Under the pieces are notes generated by a model. It did no database searches. It saw only the letters and a list, made by a program, of their open reading frames with translations, and was not told where the DNA came from. From the NCBI GenBank assembly GCA_030324005.1, contig JARDVH010000110.1:21173198-21237197 (forward strand): DNA of 64,000 nucleotides. Reading direction: 5' to 3'. The first letter of the stretch is position 1. Each line of letters starts with the position of its first letter. Position numbers and translations under genes: made by a program. The stretch comes from Negaprion brevirostris (taxonomy: Eukaryota). Of this stretch, positions 12,640-24,900 are shown one piece after another.

Positions 12640-13992
12640 CTGAGTGTTTCCCGCTGGCACTGGCAATACTTGTCAGGTGGAATTCCACCCGTTTACAATG
12701 TGAATATGTGCAAAATGTAAAACATCTCAGCCAGCCAACCATCACACGTTTTTGAAGGGTACCCCAAGCATAGTGTTCTGAGACAGGCTTCCCTCGCCCC
12801 CCGCTCCAAGCCCCTACCTACTGTGTAATAGCCCCAAACCTGTCAATCAAGAGGCTAGTAAAAGGTGCTGGAGTGTGAAATTTAATGTAAACAAAGCATT
12901 TCAAAGCCTTTGAGCTTTCCAGAAAGGCCCAGAGACGTGAAAAAATGTAGTTTGAAAGAATTAGGGCTGAGGGAGCAGCTGTGGTGAAAATAGGCAGTTC
13001 TTGAGGCTTACTGGATTGTATTAACAATGATCTGTTTGATCTGCTCTGAAGCTGTCAATCAAAGCAGTTCAAAATGGCCAGGCTGCAACTACATACTGCT
13101 TATTCAGGCAAAAAAAAGGAATCCTCCTAGTGAAACTGACATCTGTCAGTCAGAAGGTTTCAAAGGAGTCTGCTCACAGCTGAGGCTACTGAGAGAGCAA
13201 GGGAATTCCCTGGAGTGAAACTGACATGTGTCAGTCAGAGGACTTCAGAGGGGTCTGCTCACACCTGGCACCTCAGAGAGAGAGAGCAAAGGAAACCCCC
13301 CCAGTGAAACTGACATCACCTGTCAGTCAGAGGACTTCATATAGTTCTGCTTACACGTGGGGCTTCTGAAAGGGAGAGCATGGGCAATCCCTTTGTAGAA
13401 TAGAGGAATGCTGTGATTTTGAAGACTTTCTGGTGTCTGGGGGACATGAATATTAAAGTGCCTAGGCCACTTGAGGTCTCGCAGTACTCCGACAAGAACA
13501 AAGATTTTGAACAGAAACCTGTCTGAGATTACCGAGCTAAGCATNNNNNNNNNNNNTCTCACTGCAAGAAAGGGCAGACTAGCCATGAGACCCTTTCCAT
13601 TCCAGCAAAGGGTCCCAAGGTTAACCCCTTCCCTCCAGCCCGAGCCTACGCAATCCCCAGGTTTGTTGGGGTCCCTCTCCTGTAGCTTGGCAGCAGCAGG
13701 TGGGCACATGGGCATAAGCCCTATTTCATTGCCCCCTTTTGGAGTCCGGGACACTAGGTCCATGCTTATCAGGCTCTGTACTATTGGCATCCTCTGGGGA
13801 TGTGGGGACATACTGGGAGGCCGGTGTAGCTGGCCTCAAACCCGGCAGTAATACGTTAATTACATTTTGAGTGTATTCATGAGGCTCCTGCAATTGCAAC
13901 AGGTCTGACGATATACATCTTTGCCCTGACCCCAATTCAGTAGGCCGCCATGATCTCCGCTGGAGGTTAACGGCCCTGGAGAATGGCATCCC
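12640..13992. mobile_element. Non-autonomous DNA-transposon-like element (PIF/Harbinger-type) containing an ~85-bp tandem repeat
   Basis: GC-rich body ending in ggagaatggcatccc, similar to other TIR-bounded elements in the window; left end uncertain. Confidence 0.45.
13127..13392. repeat. Three tandem ~85-95 bp units
   Basis: agtgaaactgacat(c/g)tgtcagtcaga...tctgctcaca...gagagca recurs at ~13129, ~13214 and ~13303. Confidence 0.85.
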
Positions 13993-14035
13993 TTTTACCT
14001 CCTTTCAACATGAATGCCAAAAGCCTCATCAACGA

Positions 14036-14142
14036 TTGGGATTCTCCGGTGCTGCTGCAGTGAATGGAGCTTTGGCTGAGTGCCAAATTCTCTATACTCA
14101 TTGGCAGTGGGGCAATGACAACAAGATCACAGAATCCCGCCT
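14036..14142. mobile_element. ~110-bp MITE (second copy at 56985-57092)
   Basis: gggattct...agaatccc terminal inverted repeats; internal gctgcagtgaatggag shared with 56985-57092. Confidence 0.7.
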
Positions 14143-14359
14143 GAAGATTTTGTAATTATTTTCCTTGCATAGAAATTCCTCTATTGATGCTTGCATTATT
14201 ATCTTTTATTTTGGACTGCTTCCACCAAGTCTCACGTGCTATCCAGCTACTCCAGAGCATAGCGTTGGGCCTTTTCTCTCCAAAACTTGAATTGAATTCC
14301 TCTCATGTAGAATCAAAAATGTTTGTTTGTTTCATTATTTCCAGTCAAATTTGCAGTTT

Positions 14360-14701
14360 GGGCGGCATGTTAGCACAGTGGTTAGCACTGCCGCTTCACA
14401 GCTCCACGGACCTGGGTTTGATTTCCAGCTTGGGTCACTGCCTGTGCAGAGTTTGCACATTCTCCTCGTGTCTGCGTGGGTTTTCTCTGGGTGCTCCGGT
14501 TTCTTCCCACAGTCCAAAGATGTGCTGGTTAGGTTGATTGGCCATTCTAAAAAGAAATTGCCCTTCGTGTCCTGAGATGCATTGGTTAGAGGGATTAGTG
14601 GGTAAATATGTAGGGATATCGAGGTAGGGCCTGGGTGGGATTGTGGTCAGTGCAGACTTGATGGGCCGAATGGCCACACTTGGTACTATAGGGATTCTAT
14701 G
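14360..14701 (+). mobile_element. HE1-like V-SINE, near full length
   Basis: gggcggcatgttagcacagtggttagcactg head, V-core, gggccgaatggcc...gggattctatga tail. Confidence 0.9.
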
Positions 14702-14854
14702 AAAATAAACTCAAACTAGTTGGCAGAGCTTAAATGCTTATTTCAGTGATCAGGTTCTCCCGTTTATCAGTATTTGTACTTTGCTTTCATTGTTCATTTT
14801 CCTTCTTACCTTTCCGTAATCCTAAATTGTAATTGTATCCATTTTTATTATCAG

Positions 14855-15011
14855 GTGGCAGTTTACTATGCTGTGAGTCGTGTCCTGCTGCCTTTCACCG
14901 TGAGTGCCTGAACATTGAAATGCCTAAAGGAAAATGGTACTGTAATGACTGTAAGGCTGGTAAAAAGCCACATTATAAGGACATCATCTGGGTTAAACTT
15001 GGCCGATACAG
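14855..15011 (+). CDS. NSD1: NSD1 coding exon, PHD4 and PWWP2 start, 157 bp
   Basis: tatcag|GT GGC...TACAG|gttagt; [52 protein letters not shown]. Confidence 0.95.
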
Positions 15012-15323
15012 GTTAGTTTGGAACAAATGTTAATTTAAAATATGCTAATGGTGGTAGGGTACACGCAAATTTAAATTGCAAGTATCTTGGGGTACAAGCC
15101 AGTTCAGTTCCAGTAAGGAAAAAGCAAAGTGCAAGAAACTAGAAAATGTTATCAAGTTCATTTTTTGCAAAATTGACATATGATAAGTTCTGAGACTTAG
15201 CTTGTGAACTAGGTTCTTGCAATGTTTCTGCCCGGCCTATGAAAGTAAATCAAGAATTTATCCAATCTTGTACTCGACATTACATATCCAAAACCAGGTT
15301 GTTTTGATATTTCCATGGTGCCT

Positions 15324-16652
15324 TGTTATGATCACGACTTTAAAAAAACTTTATATATTTTTTAAAATATATTTTTATTAGATTCATATGTGTTTTAAAA
15401 AGTGTCTTCTAATTTATTGCAAAACAGAATTTCCTGTAATGGGGGATGTTATGAAATTATACTGAATGCTGCTTAACACCATGTCCATTTGACTAAGTTG
15501 TCAGGGGAACAAGAGCCCATGCCAAGTCCTATTGAAAGTTAAATTTAACACTTGAACACTTATACGAAGGCAGTTTGTCTTGTCTCCTAAAACTCTCAAG
15601 GAGGAATTTTACAGGAATGATTCCAAGTGTCCAGCTAGCGTGAAAATGGGAGAGTTGCAGTGACAAGGTGCCAGACTGGTACTGCCCAAGGGGTACCACT
15701 CCTTAACCTTGGCCTCCGAGGGAGGGCCTCAATGGCCTCCGATTCTACCGGCAAGGCCAACACAACTGTTCCCCATTCATGGGGAGCAGGTGTTCCTCTC
15801 GCTGGAGAGAACCTCCCGGCGAGGCCATAAAGGTAAGTGAGCCTGGCAATTCAGTGCCAGACTTGCCAATGCCATTTAAATTAGCATTTCAATAAATTCA
15901 TGTAATTTATTCAACCCCTTGCCTATTTCCAGCGAGAGGCTAACCTTGCTGGAAATCCAGCTATCGTAAGATCACGAGGCAAGAAATCAAGCGTGATCCT
16001 GATTTCTCGGCTCTCGCGATTTTACTGGTTCACTCTGCGCATCGTTGCGTGTGGCAATCCGCTAAAATTCTGCCCTCAAACTCTCAAAAGCGGTTAGACC
16101 TAGAGGGGAAAAACCTATAATCGGTGCTGCAATGCCAGGCAGAATTATTTTTAGGTTAATTATTTGGAAGAGTGCTGGTGAAAATGTAACCCCTGCAAGA
16201 TGAATCAAAGCTTGTTATGGTGAATTAAAGACCAAGAAGCTACAATGAAATCTTTGCTGCTGGAAATCCATTCAAGTATGGTCAGAGGATTGAGTACAGG
16301 GGACTTTACTTAGAAGAACACTGGAAGATTCAGTACTGCAGAGCAGGAAGAAAAGAACCTTTTGAATCACTGGGAACGTTGGGACTTCATACAGAAGGCT
16401 TTCTCGGTTGAGAATGAGCCTTATCCTATAAATGTGGTATGGGATTTTTGGTTTTGTTAAGAGATTACTGGGAATTCCTTTTTTTTAATATTTACTGGAT
16501 TAGTTGCTTACTAAGTCGTATTAATCTTAGTTGAATTTAGTGTGTTTGCTATAGTAAAAATCTTAAAATTTGAAATTTTGTCACGCAATTCTATTGTGTT
16601 AGTCACTGGGAATTTATCTTTAAAATTATCAGTCTCCTTGGGGATCCTAACA
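15324..16652. mobile_element. Solo LTR (Gypsy-type) with 4-bp TSD
   Basis: Begins TGTTA, ends TAACA; GCCT is duplicated at 15320-15323 and 16653-16656. Confidence 0.75.
15599..16075. mobile_element. PIF/Harbinger-type MITE nested in the solo LTR
   Basis: TIRs AGGAGGAATTTT / AAAATTCTGCCC; 3-bp TSD TCA at 15596-15598 and 16076-16078. Confidence 0.75.
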
Positions 16653-18411
16653 GCCTTCATCTCAAGAAGTATAATGTCCCACGCACTTTGATCATCTGTC
16701 TTGCATATTTAAATATTGCAACACTCAATTCCAGTACTAAACTGATCTCTGTTCTCAGATGACACACTAATAGCTGTGTTAGTTAGGAGTCAATTCTATT
16801 GACTCAAAACTTTGTGCAATAGAAAAATTATGAACTTTATCTTTACTTGGAGATTTTAATTTTAGCCTCATTGATTTGAATTGTGAGTTCATTGTCCACT
16901 TTAACTAACCTGAATACATCCACATTTCCATTCCTCTCACATTTCAAATTATATCTCCTCTCAACTTTTATTAGTGAAAAAAAATTACGTACTGCAGTGT
17001 TGGATTTTCATGTTATACTATTGAGGATGAGAATTGAAGCACTGCATAATTTTCTGACATCAGATTCTGCATCAATGGAAACGCCATATACTGAAATAGA
17101 TGAAATAATGTGGTAGCATTCAATTTCGCATTATTTGCCTCAGTTGTCTACAGTCATGTTTTCATCTGATTATATTCTCATCCGTTAAGCACATACTTCC
17201 AAGCCTTAATACTAGAATGATTTAAAAAAACACGAGATACTTTGTACCTTTGATTGCAATAAACTTATTTCACAGATGATCATCTACTCATGTACCAATA
17301 TTGCAGGATTGCCATTTTCCTTCCCACTCTTTGACACAGGAAATATGGCTGGGTTTTTTGGACCCTAAAACAGTGGGTCTCACTGCAGTGGATGCAGCAA
17401 ACATGCCAAAAGTCTTATGACTTCAGCAAGACCAAAAGATCTTGCCAGTGGGAAAACCCCACCCCATAATGAGATTCATGTTGGGAATTTTTCTGTAACT
17501 GTTATTTGGAGGAAGAAGACAAGAAACAGGATCAACCCAAGATGGTGAGATGTGCAATACACTTATCTTCCAATGCCCCATAATAAAGAATATAGACCAA
17601 GGTTTTTTTTTTTACCTCCAATTATCTCCAAAACAGTGCCTGCAACATTTATGCTTTACAAAGATGACCATCAGTGAGTCACTCGATATACTACAGCTTG
17701 TCCCATTGTCCATTTTTTTTCAGAGGCACTCTATTGTCCTGACATCAATAATGTTAGTCAGTCATTTGTTCACAATGCATAAAGTTAATCGTGGGGTTTG
17801 ATGGCAAGTTGTTGAAGTACCTATTAACATAGCACAGTAGAAGTAATTCGAAGCAGCAAATATGCTGAGCAATTTACATCCTTGGAAGATTGGGTTGACC
17901 TGACGAAGTTATTACACATTTTCCAGCACTGACAAGCCATGTGTCAAATTATGAATTTGGCTTGCCCTGCCCTGATCATCTCCACACATTTCTGTCTTGG
18001 GGAACTCATTACTAAAGACAGCGTCCTTTTTGAGCCCAATCTCAAGAAGCAGAGCTTGGGGATTCTTTCTTAATAACACACTTGAAGTGCATTAATTAAT
18101 ACAGTTAAATAGATACAATACATTCTCCAGTTTCCACGAGTTACTAGCAATATATATGCTTCCTTTCATTTTCTTACTATGCCAAACAACATAAATGCTA
18201 TGGAAATAAATGGGAACATATATGACATATAGATACACTACACTGTCAAAACTCACTTGCACAATAAAACTCCACTTTTAGGGTACATGCTGTAAATTCA
18301 CATTCTTAGGATATCAAGTGTCTGGGGCCAGAATAGCTTTTAGTTATGAGCCATGAAACTTAAATGTTTTCTAGAATTCCAGTGCATTTTATGCTTTTTA
18401 TTTCCTATCAG

Positions 18412-18617
18412 GTGGTGGCCTGCTGAGGTCTGTCATCCCAAAAATGTTCCTACAAATATTCAGAAAATGAAACATGAAATTGGCGAGTTCCCTGTCCGAT
18501 TTTTTGGCTCCAATGACTACTTCTGGACTTATCAGGCACGTGTGTTCTCATACATGGAAGGGGACAAAGGGAGTAAAGACAAAAAATGCAAAGGCCTTAA
18601 CTCCATCTTTAAAAAAG
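18412..18617 (+). CDS. NSD1: NSD1 coding exon, PWWP2, 206 bp
   Basis: tatcag|G TGG TGG CCT...AAAG|gtaatg; [51 protein letters not shown]. Confidence 0.95.
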
Positions 18618-19114
18618 GTAATGTCATAAAAGCAGAGTTTTCTGGGAATATGAAACTAAGGCAAATTATAGTAACTGAGGATTATAAGAGCATAAGAAAT
18701 CAGTATGATCAGCAGTCGACCATACAGATCGTCAAGATTCCTCACCCATCAATATGATTATAGTTGATCTGCTGCCTCAACTCCACTTTTCCGCCTGCTT
18801 CCTGATGTCTTGAGACCAAAAGTACGTTCGTCTCAGCCTTGAAAATCAACATTCAAATGTTTTGAAAAGTTATTGCTCTCAGTTTTGCCACTTGTAATAT
18901 GAGCTTATCCTAGTGATATGTGGAAGATGCTTTGCATTTGCAGGATGAAAGAAATGTTTAGAAAAAACCTTTTTTTAAAATTTCTGCAGTAAGCAAGAAG
19001 CTTCCCTGTTTTGATGTTACTAACTGACTTAATAATCAACATCAGTGTGAAACAATTGTTTTTTTAAAAAGTTTTTAAAGATCAATCCTGCTGAAGTTCG
19101 TATTATATGTTTGA

Positions 19115-19368
19115 AGTTTATTTATTGGTGTCACAAGTAGGCGTGCATCAGCAGTGCAGTGAAGTTACTGTGAAAATCCCTTAGTTGCCACAGAATTTAG
19201 CATGGCCAACGCACCTAATCACCATGTCTTTCGAACTGTGGGAGGAAACCAGAGCACCCGGAGGAAACCCGTGCGACACAGGGAGAACGTACAAACTCCA
19301 CACAGACAGTGACCCATGCCCCAGGCGCTGAGGCAGCAGTGCTAATCACTGTGCCACTGTACTGCCCG
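19115..19368 (-). mobile_element. HE1-related V-SINE, alternative-tail subtype
   Basis: Reverse-complement head/V-core with tail (plus strand) tttattggtgtcacaagtagg...gaagttactgtgaaaatccc. Confidence 0.8.
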
Positions 19369-19465
19369 TAACTGTCCTGTGATGTTGGGATGAAGTTATA
19401 AACTTCACTTATGTTTTTGTAACTGCACTAGTACATCTGGTATTTCACATTGGCTGTCTCTACAG

Positions 19466-19578
19466 CACTACAGGAAGCTGCAGAAAGGTTTGAGGAGCTG
19501 AAAACCCAAAGAGAGACAAGACAGGCACAGGAGGACAAACGGAATGAAAAAAAACCACCACCATACAAACACATCAAG
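19466..19578 (+). CDS. NSD1: NSD1 coding exon, PWWP2-AWS linker, 113 bp
   Basis: ctacag|CA CTA CAG...ATCAAG|gtatag; [38 protein letters not shown]. Not in the ORF track. Confidence 0.93.
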
Positions 19579-19687
19579 GTATAGATTGATGGCTTCTCCC
19601 AGAATATACTGAGCAGATTGTACCATGTATGCAGATTGCAAAATGCTATGCAGCTCGTAATATGTACAGGATGATGAACTGCACTCT

Positions 19688-20055
19688 GACTTGATTTATT
19701 AACACATGTACTGGGATACAGTGAAAAGTATTGTTTCTTGCATGCTATACAGGCAAAATACACTGTTCACGAAGTACATAGGGGAAAAGGATATGGTACA
19801 GAATATAGTGTTGCAGCTACAAGTAGGGTGACAAGAAAGATCAGCTTAACATATGATAGATTGGACCATTCAAAAATCTCATGACAGCAGGGAAGAAGCT
19901 GTTCTTGATACTGTTGGTGCATGTTTTCAGACTTTTATGTCTGTTTCCTGACAAAAGAAGGTGCAAAAGATATATCCAGGGTGTGTGAAGTCCTGAACTA
20001 TGCTGGCTGCTTTCCCAAGAACAGCAGAAAGTGTAGACAAAATCAGTGGATGGGA
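19688..20055 (-). mobile_element. Rex1/Babar-like LINE 3' fragment, split by a Penelope insertion (resumes at 22519-22570)
   Basis: Colinear with 715-1070; its continuation gggaggttggtttgcgtgatgg at 22520 matches 1066-1090. Confidence 0.75.
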
Positions 20056-22518
20056 CAAAAACAGAAAATGCTGGAAAATCTCAGCAGGCCTGACAGCATC
20101 TGTGGGGAGAGAATAGAGCCAAGGTTTCAAGTCCAGATAACCCTTCATCAGAGCTAAGAGCAAAGAAAATCAGCAGAGATTTATACTATTGGTTGGGGAA
20201 GGGGAGAAGGTGTTGGAATGGACAAAGAGAATGTAAATGAAGATGCGGAAGGCTGGGGAGGTACTAAATGTGTCTACCAAGTGATCAGAATGTGTGAATG
20301 GTAGAACAGAGGTATAGATGGTATGGGGACTGCCTGGGAACTATGCCCGTTCCCCTGAAGGAGTGAGGGGTGGTGGGTCAGAAAGGAGAGCCGGAATGGA
20401 GAAGTAGAAAAATGGAAGTGAGAAAGAAGGATGATAAAATGGATGAACGAATGAAACAAAATGAAATAAAATAAATGGAAGGTGGAGGAGAGTGTTCATG
20501 TTCTGAAGTTGTTGAACTCAATGTTCAATTCAGCAGGTTGTAAAGTGTCCCATTGGAAGATGAGGTGCTGTTCCTCCAGTTTGCATTGGGGTTCGCTAGA
20601 ACATTGCAAAAGGCCAAGGACAGGAGAATAGAGTTGTATGTTGAAGTGGCAAGCAACAGGTAGATCTGGGTCCTGCTTGCAGGTGGATGAAGGTGTTCAG
20701 CAAAGTGGTCACCCAGTCTGCGTTTGGTCTCTCCAATGTAGAGTAGACCACTTTGGGAGCAGCGAATACAATAGACCAGATTGAAGGAGGCGCATGTGAA
20801 GCGCTGCTTCACCTGAAAGGGGTGTTTAGGACCTGTGAGGAGGTAAAGGGGTAGGCGTTGCACTTCCTACGATTGCGTGGGAAGGTGCCATGCACAGAGG
20901 ATGAGGTGTTTCGTGTGATGGAAAAATGGACCAATGTGCCCCCAAGAGAATGCCCCCTGTGGAAAGCTGAAGCAGGGGGGGATGTTGAGTAGTGGCATCA
21001 TGCTGGAGTTGGCGGAAATGGCAGAGGTTGATCCTTTGAATGCAGAGACTGTTGGGGTGAAAAGTGAGGACAAGGGGGACTCTATCCTGGTCCTGGGAGG
21101 GAGGAGTGTGGGTGAGAGCAGTAGCTCAGGGGACGGGTTGGACACGGTTGAGAACCCTGTCAGCCACAGTGAGTGGAAACCACGATTGAGGAAGAAGACG
21201 CATCAACAGCGCTATTTTGGACAGAACAGATGCAGCAGAAGCAAAAGAACTGAGGGAATGGGATGGAGTCCTTACAGGATGTGGGCTGTGAAGAATTGTA
21301 GTCAAGGTAGTTGTGGGAGTTGGTGGGCTTGTAGTGGACACTGGTGACAGTTTACCACCAGAAATGGAAACAGAGGTCAAAGAAAGGAAGCAAAGTCTCA
21401 GAGATGCACCATGTGAAGGTAATAGAGGAGTGGAAATTGGAAGCAAAATTGACAAATTTTTCCAGCTCCAGGCGAGAGCATGAAGCAGCACCAAAATAGT
21501 CGTCAAAGTACCGAAAGAGGAATTGTGGGAGGGGACCTGAGTAGGACTGCAACATAACCCATAAAGAGACAGGCATAACTGGGACCTATGAGGTAGCCAT
21601 AGCCACACCTTTTATTTGGAGGAAGTAAGATGGGTTAAAGGAGAAATTGTTGAGTGTGAGAACCAGTTCCGCCAGACGTAGGAGGTGGTAGATGGGATTA
21701 TTCAGATCTGTGTTTGAGGAAAAAGCAAAGAGCTTTGAGACCATTCTAGTGGAGAATGGAGACATTCATGGTGAGGAGGGGGCGGTTTCAGTCAGGGAAC
21801 TGGAAGTCATTGATATGATGTAGGGCATTGGAGGAATCATGGATGTAGGCTGGAAGGGAGAGAGAATGGAATCATGATAGGAGAAAATGAGTTCAGTGGG
21901 CAGGAATAGGCTGACAGAATGGCCAACTAGGGCAGTCCTGTTTGTGGATTTTGGGAAGAAGGTAGAAACGGGCTGTCCGGTGTTGGGAGATCATGAGGTT
22001 GGATGCTGTGAAGGGAAGATCTCTGGAGCAAATGAGGCCCTGAAAATAGTGGCTTGATGTTCGGTGGTTGGGTTATGGTCCTGGAGGAGATAGGAGTAAG
22101 TGTCCAAGAGTTGGCACTCAACCGCTGCGAGGTAGAGGTCCGCATGCCAGACAACAGCACCGCCCTAGTCGGCAGGTATGATGACAAGGTCAGGGTTGGT
22201 CCTAAGAGAGCGAAGTACAGCAAGTTCAGAAAGAGACAAGTTAGAGTGCTGAGGAGTGGAAAAATTAAGACAGCCGATGTCACACTGGCTATTCTTGATG
22301 AAAAGATCAAGAACAGGTATGAGGGAGGCGTTCAGGTGGAGAGGGAATGCTGGAGATTGGTGAAAGGATCTGCTGAACAGGGAAGGATCCCTGTCCAAAG
22401 AAGTGAGCACGGTGATGAAGGTGGTGGAAGAAGAGTTCAGCATCATGTCAAACCCAAAATTCATTTAGATGAGGACGTAAAGGTACGAAGCCGAATCCTT
22501 TGCTTTTATCACAATGGT
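20056..22518 (-). mobile_element. Penelope-like retroelement (RT, GIY-YIG endonuclease, terminal repeat), decayed
   Basis: GIY-YIG FTCASFNLVYCIRCSQSGLLYIGETKRRLGDHFAEHL (20525-20863); RT FLFRYFDDYFG...LPFFDL (21352-21576); NPDLVIIPAD(K) (~22170); TGGGA duplicated at 20051-20055 and 22519-22523. Confidence 0.9.
20117..20155 (-). ncRNA. Minimal type-I hammerhead ribozyme motif in the Penelope terminal repeat (degenerate)
   Basis: Minus strand AGCT-CTGATGA-A-GGGTT-ATCTG-GACTT-GAAAC-CTT-GGCT: core boxes present, weak stem II, stem III G replaced by C. Confidence 0.6.
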
Positions 22519-22879
22519 TGGGAGGTTGGTTTGCGTGATGGACAGAGCTACATTCACAACTCTCTGAAGAACAACTCTACTGTGGTTGCAAGCCTGACCC
22601 CTAGATATAATTTGTCTGTCATTTTAATTCTTCACTCCACCCCTACTCTGACCTCTCTTCTTGACCTTCTTCACTACTCCACTGAAGCACTTGGTAAGCT
22701 CGTGAAACAACACTTTAGCTCTCTCCCACCCCGTGATGTGTTTTCCAAAGTTGGCTTGCCATTGGCCAGCAGTGAGATATTCTGGCCCCCAATGTCTGTG
22801 GCCTTTTGTATTGTTCACAGCATTGCCGCCAAGAAACCTGCCACAGGGAGTCACCATCGGTGGGAAGGGCCTGAAAAAT

Positions 22880-23340
22880 CAGCCTATCATCTTTCAACTG
22901 GGGACTTTGCAGCCTTCTGATCTGAATATTAAGTTCAACAATTTCAGATTGCACCCTGTGCTTCATTTTATTTGTTTTTGGGTGACAAATGTAGATAACG
23001 ATACTTCAATTTTTCAAAACACCTCCTCCTAGATAGATTGTTTATTTCCCATCCTCTTGTACCAATTTTGCCGTTCACTCTCTCCTGGATGTCACCCTAT
23101 CAGAGACTGTTTGCGGGGGGGGGGGGGNNNNNNNNNNCCCCCCCCCCATTCTTTTATTCCTTCCCCCTTTCCCTACCTCTGTACTTGATTTAAACCTTTT
23201 TAATTTTTTCCCAGTTCTGGTAAAAGGTTATCCTAAAATGTCAGCTCTTGTTTATGACTCTACAAATCCTACCTGACCTAATGCATTTTCCTTAATTTTC
23301 TGTTTTTATTTCAGATTTTCAGTGTTTTGATTTTGCAATA
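22880..23340 (+). mobile_element. Older Penelope-like 3' end (endonuclease C-terminus and terminal repeat), opposite orientation
   Basis: IIFQLGTLQPSDLNIKFNNFR at ~22885-22950, then a pyrimidine tract and a decayed terminal repeat (agttctggtaaaaggtt...ttttctgtttttatttcagattttc). Confidence 0.7.
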
Positions 23341-23518
23341 TCCTATTTCAAAGTGTAGATTGGACTTCTTGCAAAGAAAATTCTCTTACTTTTGCTATAT
23401 ATGCTGTATAATTGTATATGCTACAGTTTAATTAACAAATGCAGTTTTATTATGAATTGTCAAAAGATAATTATGTAATGACTAATTGTGAGGTTTAACC
23501 AACTGTTTTTCTATCAAG

Positions 23519-23788
23519 GTAAACAAAGCCGTGGGTAAGGCTCAGATCTTCACTGCTGATCCTTCTGAGATTCCACGATGTAATTGTAAGCCAACTGATG
23601 AGAATCCTTGTGGGGTAGACTCTGAATGCCTGAACAGGATGTTAATGTATGAGTGCCATCCAAGTGTCTGTCCTGCAGGAGAAAAATGCCAGAACCAGTG
23701 CTTCACCAAGCGGCAATATCCTGAAGTGGAAATTTTGAAAACTGCAGGGCGAGGCTGGGGTTTACTTGCTAAATACAATATTAAGAAG
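23519..23788 (+). CDS. NSD1: NSD1 coding exon, AWS and SET start, 270 bp
   Basis: atcaag|GTA AAC...AAGAAG|gtgaga; [48 protein letters not shown]...RGWGL. Confidence 0.96.
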
Positions 23789-24427
23789 GTGAGAAATATG
23801 CCTACATTTGTTTCTAAATATTGAAAGCCATCAGAAAGCATAGCACTGTCTTCTCATTCAGGGAAAAGCCAGGCTGTTACCCACAACTGAGATGCAGACA
23901 TTACCTGTGCTTAGTTGATGAAATCCTTTGCAATGGGAATAGAAGTATGAAGTATTACTCACTTGTTACCACTGAGATAGCTTGAATAGATTGGGACTTT
24001 TTTCTTTAGAAAAGAGAAGACTTATATGAGACTTAATAGATGTGGAAAGAATATTCCATTTGTGGATGGATCCAAAGCTAGGAGCTAGAAATAGTTACCA
24101 ATAAATCCCAGTACAGAAATAAGGAGGCACTCTGTGAGTGGTTAGAATGTGAAACTTGCCAAATGTGTTTGTCAGATGAAATGTCTTATAATTCTTGATT
24201 TATTTCTTCTCATTAGCAATATGATTGAAAGAGTTATTTGGTTAATAAAATTGCTATCACTTTGATAATTGTAGTAGACTGAAAACATTGTTTTGAGTAA
24301 TTTAACACTAACTGTTAAAAGTGGTTAGGAACTAACTAAAATGAAAAGTCCTCAAAAACTAACACAATAATATTTTGTTATCTGCTGTATCCATTTTTAC
24401 ATTACTGAACCTGTGCCTTTATTATAG

Positions 24428-24544
24428 GGACAATTTGTGAATGAGTATGTGGGTGAGGTGATAGATGAGGAGGAGTGTTATGCTCGAATCAAATATGCAC
24501 AGGAACACGATATCAGCAACTTCTACATGCTTACTCTTGACAAG
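24428..24544 (+). CDS. NSD1: NSD1 coding exon, SET, 117 bp
   Basis: ttatag|GGA CAA...GACAAG|gtaaca; [39 protein letters not shown]. Confidence 0.96.
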
Positions 24545-24689
24545 GTAACAACTTCAAATCAACAAAACCTGTGGAACTAAATATAAATTAGTAAATAATG
24601 TGTGAGTCAAACCTGCACAACAACTTATCAATGATCGAACAATTGCTCAAAATCTGTATTGCCAGTCAGTAATTGAGTTGAGTGAAAAT

Positions 24690-24900
24690 GGGTGATGGGT
24701 GAGTTGTTGGTCTTTGGAAAATATGGTTCACTCCAGCCTGGACTGCTGAGATGAACATCACCTCTGTCTGCTGGCTCTAAGGGTTTCTTTCATGTAAATT
24801 TTGAGAGTCTGTTTGGAATTCCTACTGGCATTGCCCTATAGTACAAAATTGCTTCTAACTCGCAACTAATGGATAATCTCAGAAAGACTATGGCTTAGCG
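24690..24900 (+). mobile_element. Ancient SINE relic, LF-SINE-like
   Basis: ggttcactccagcc...tctgctggct...gtctgtttggaattcctactggca...aactaat is colinear with 44700-44895 and with the LF-SINE body as recalled. Confidence 0.4.

Noticed and set aside
22054-22920. Longest ORF in the track (288 aa, + strand)
   Set aside because: Antisense shadow of the Penelope ORF running on through LINE and MITE pieces; no coherent domain.
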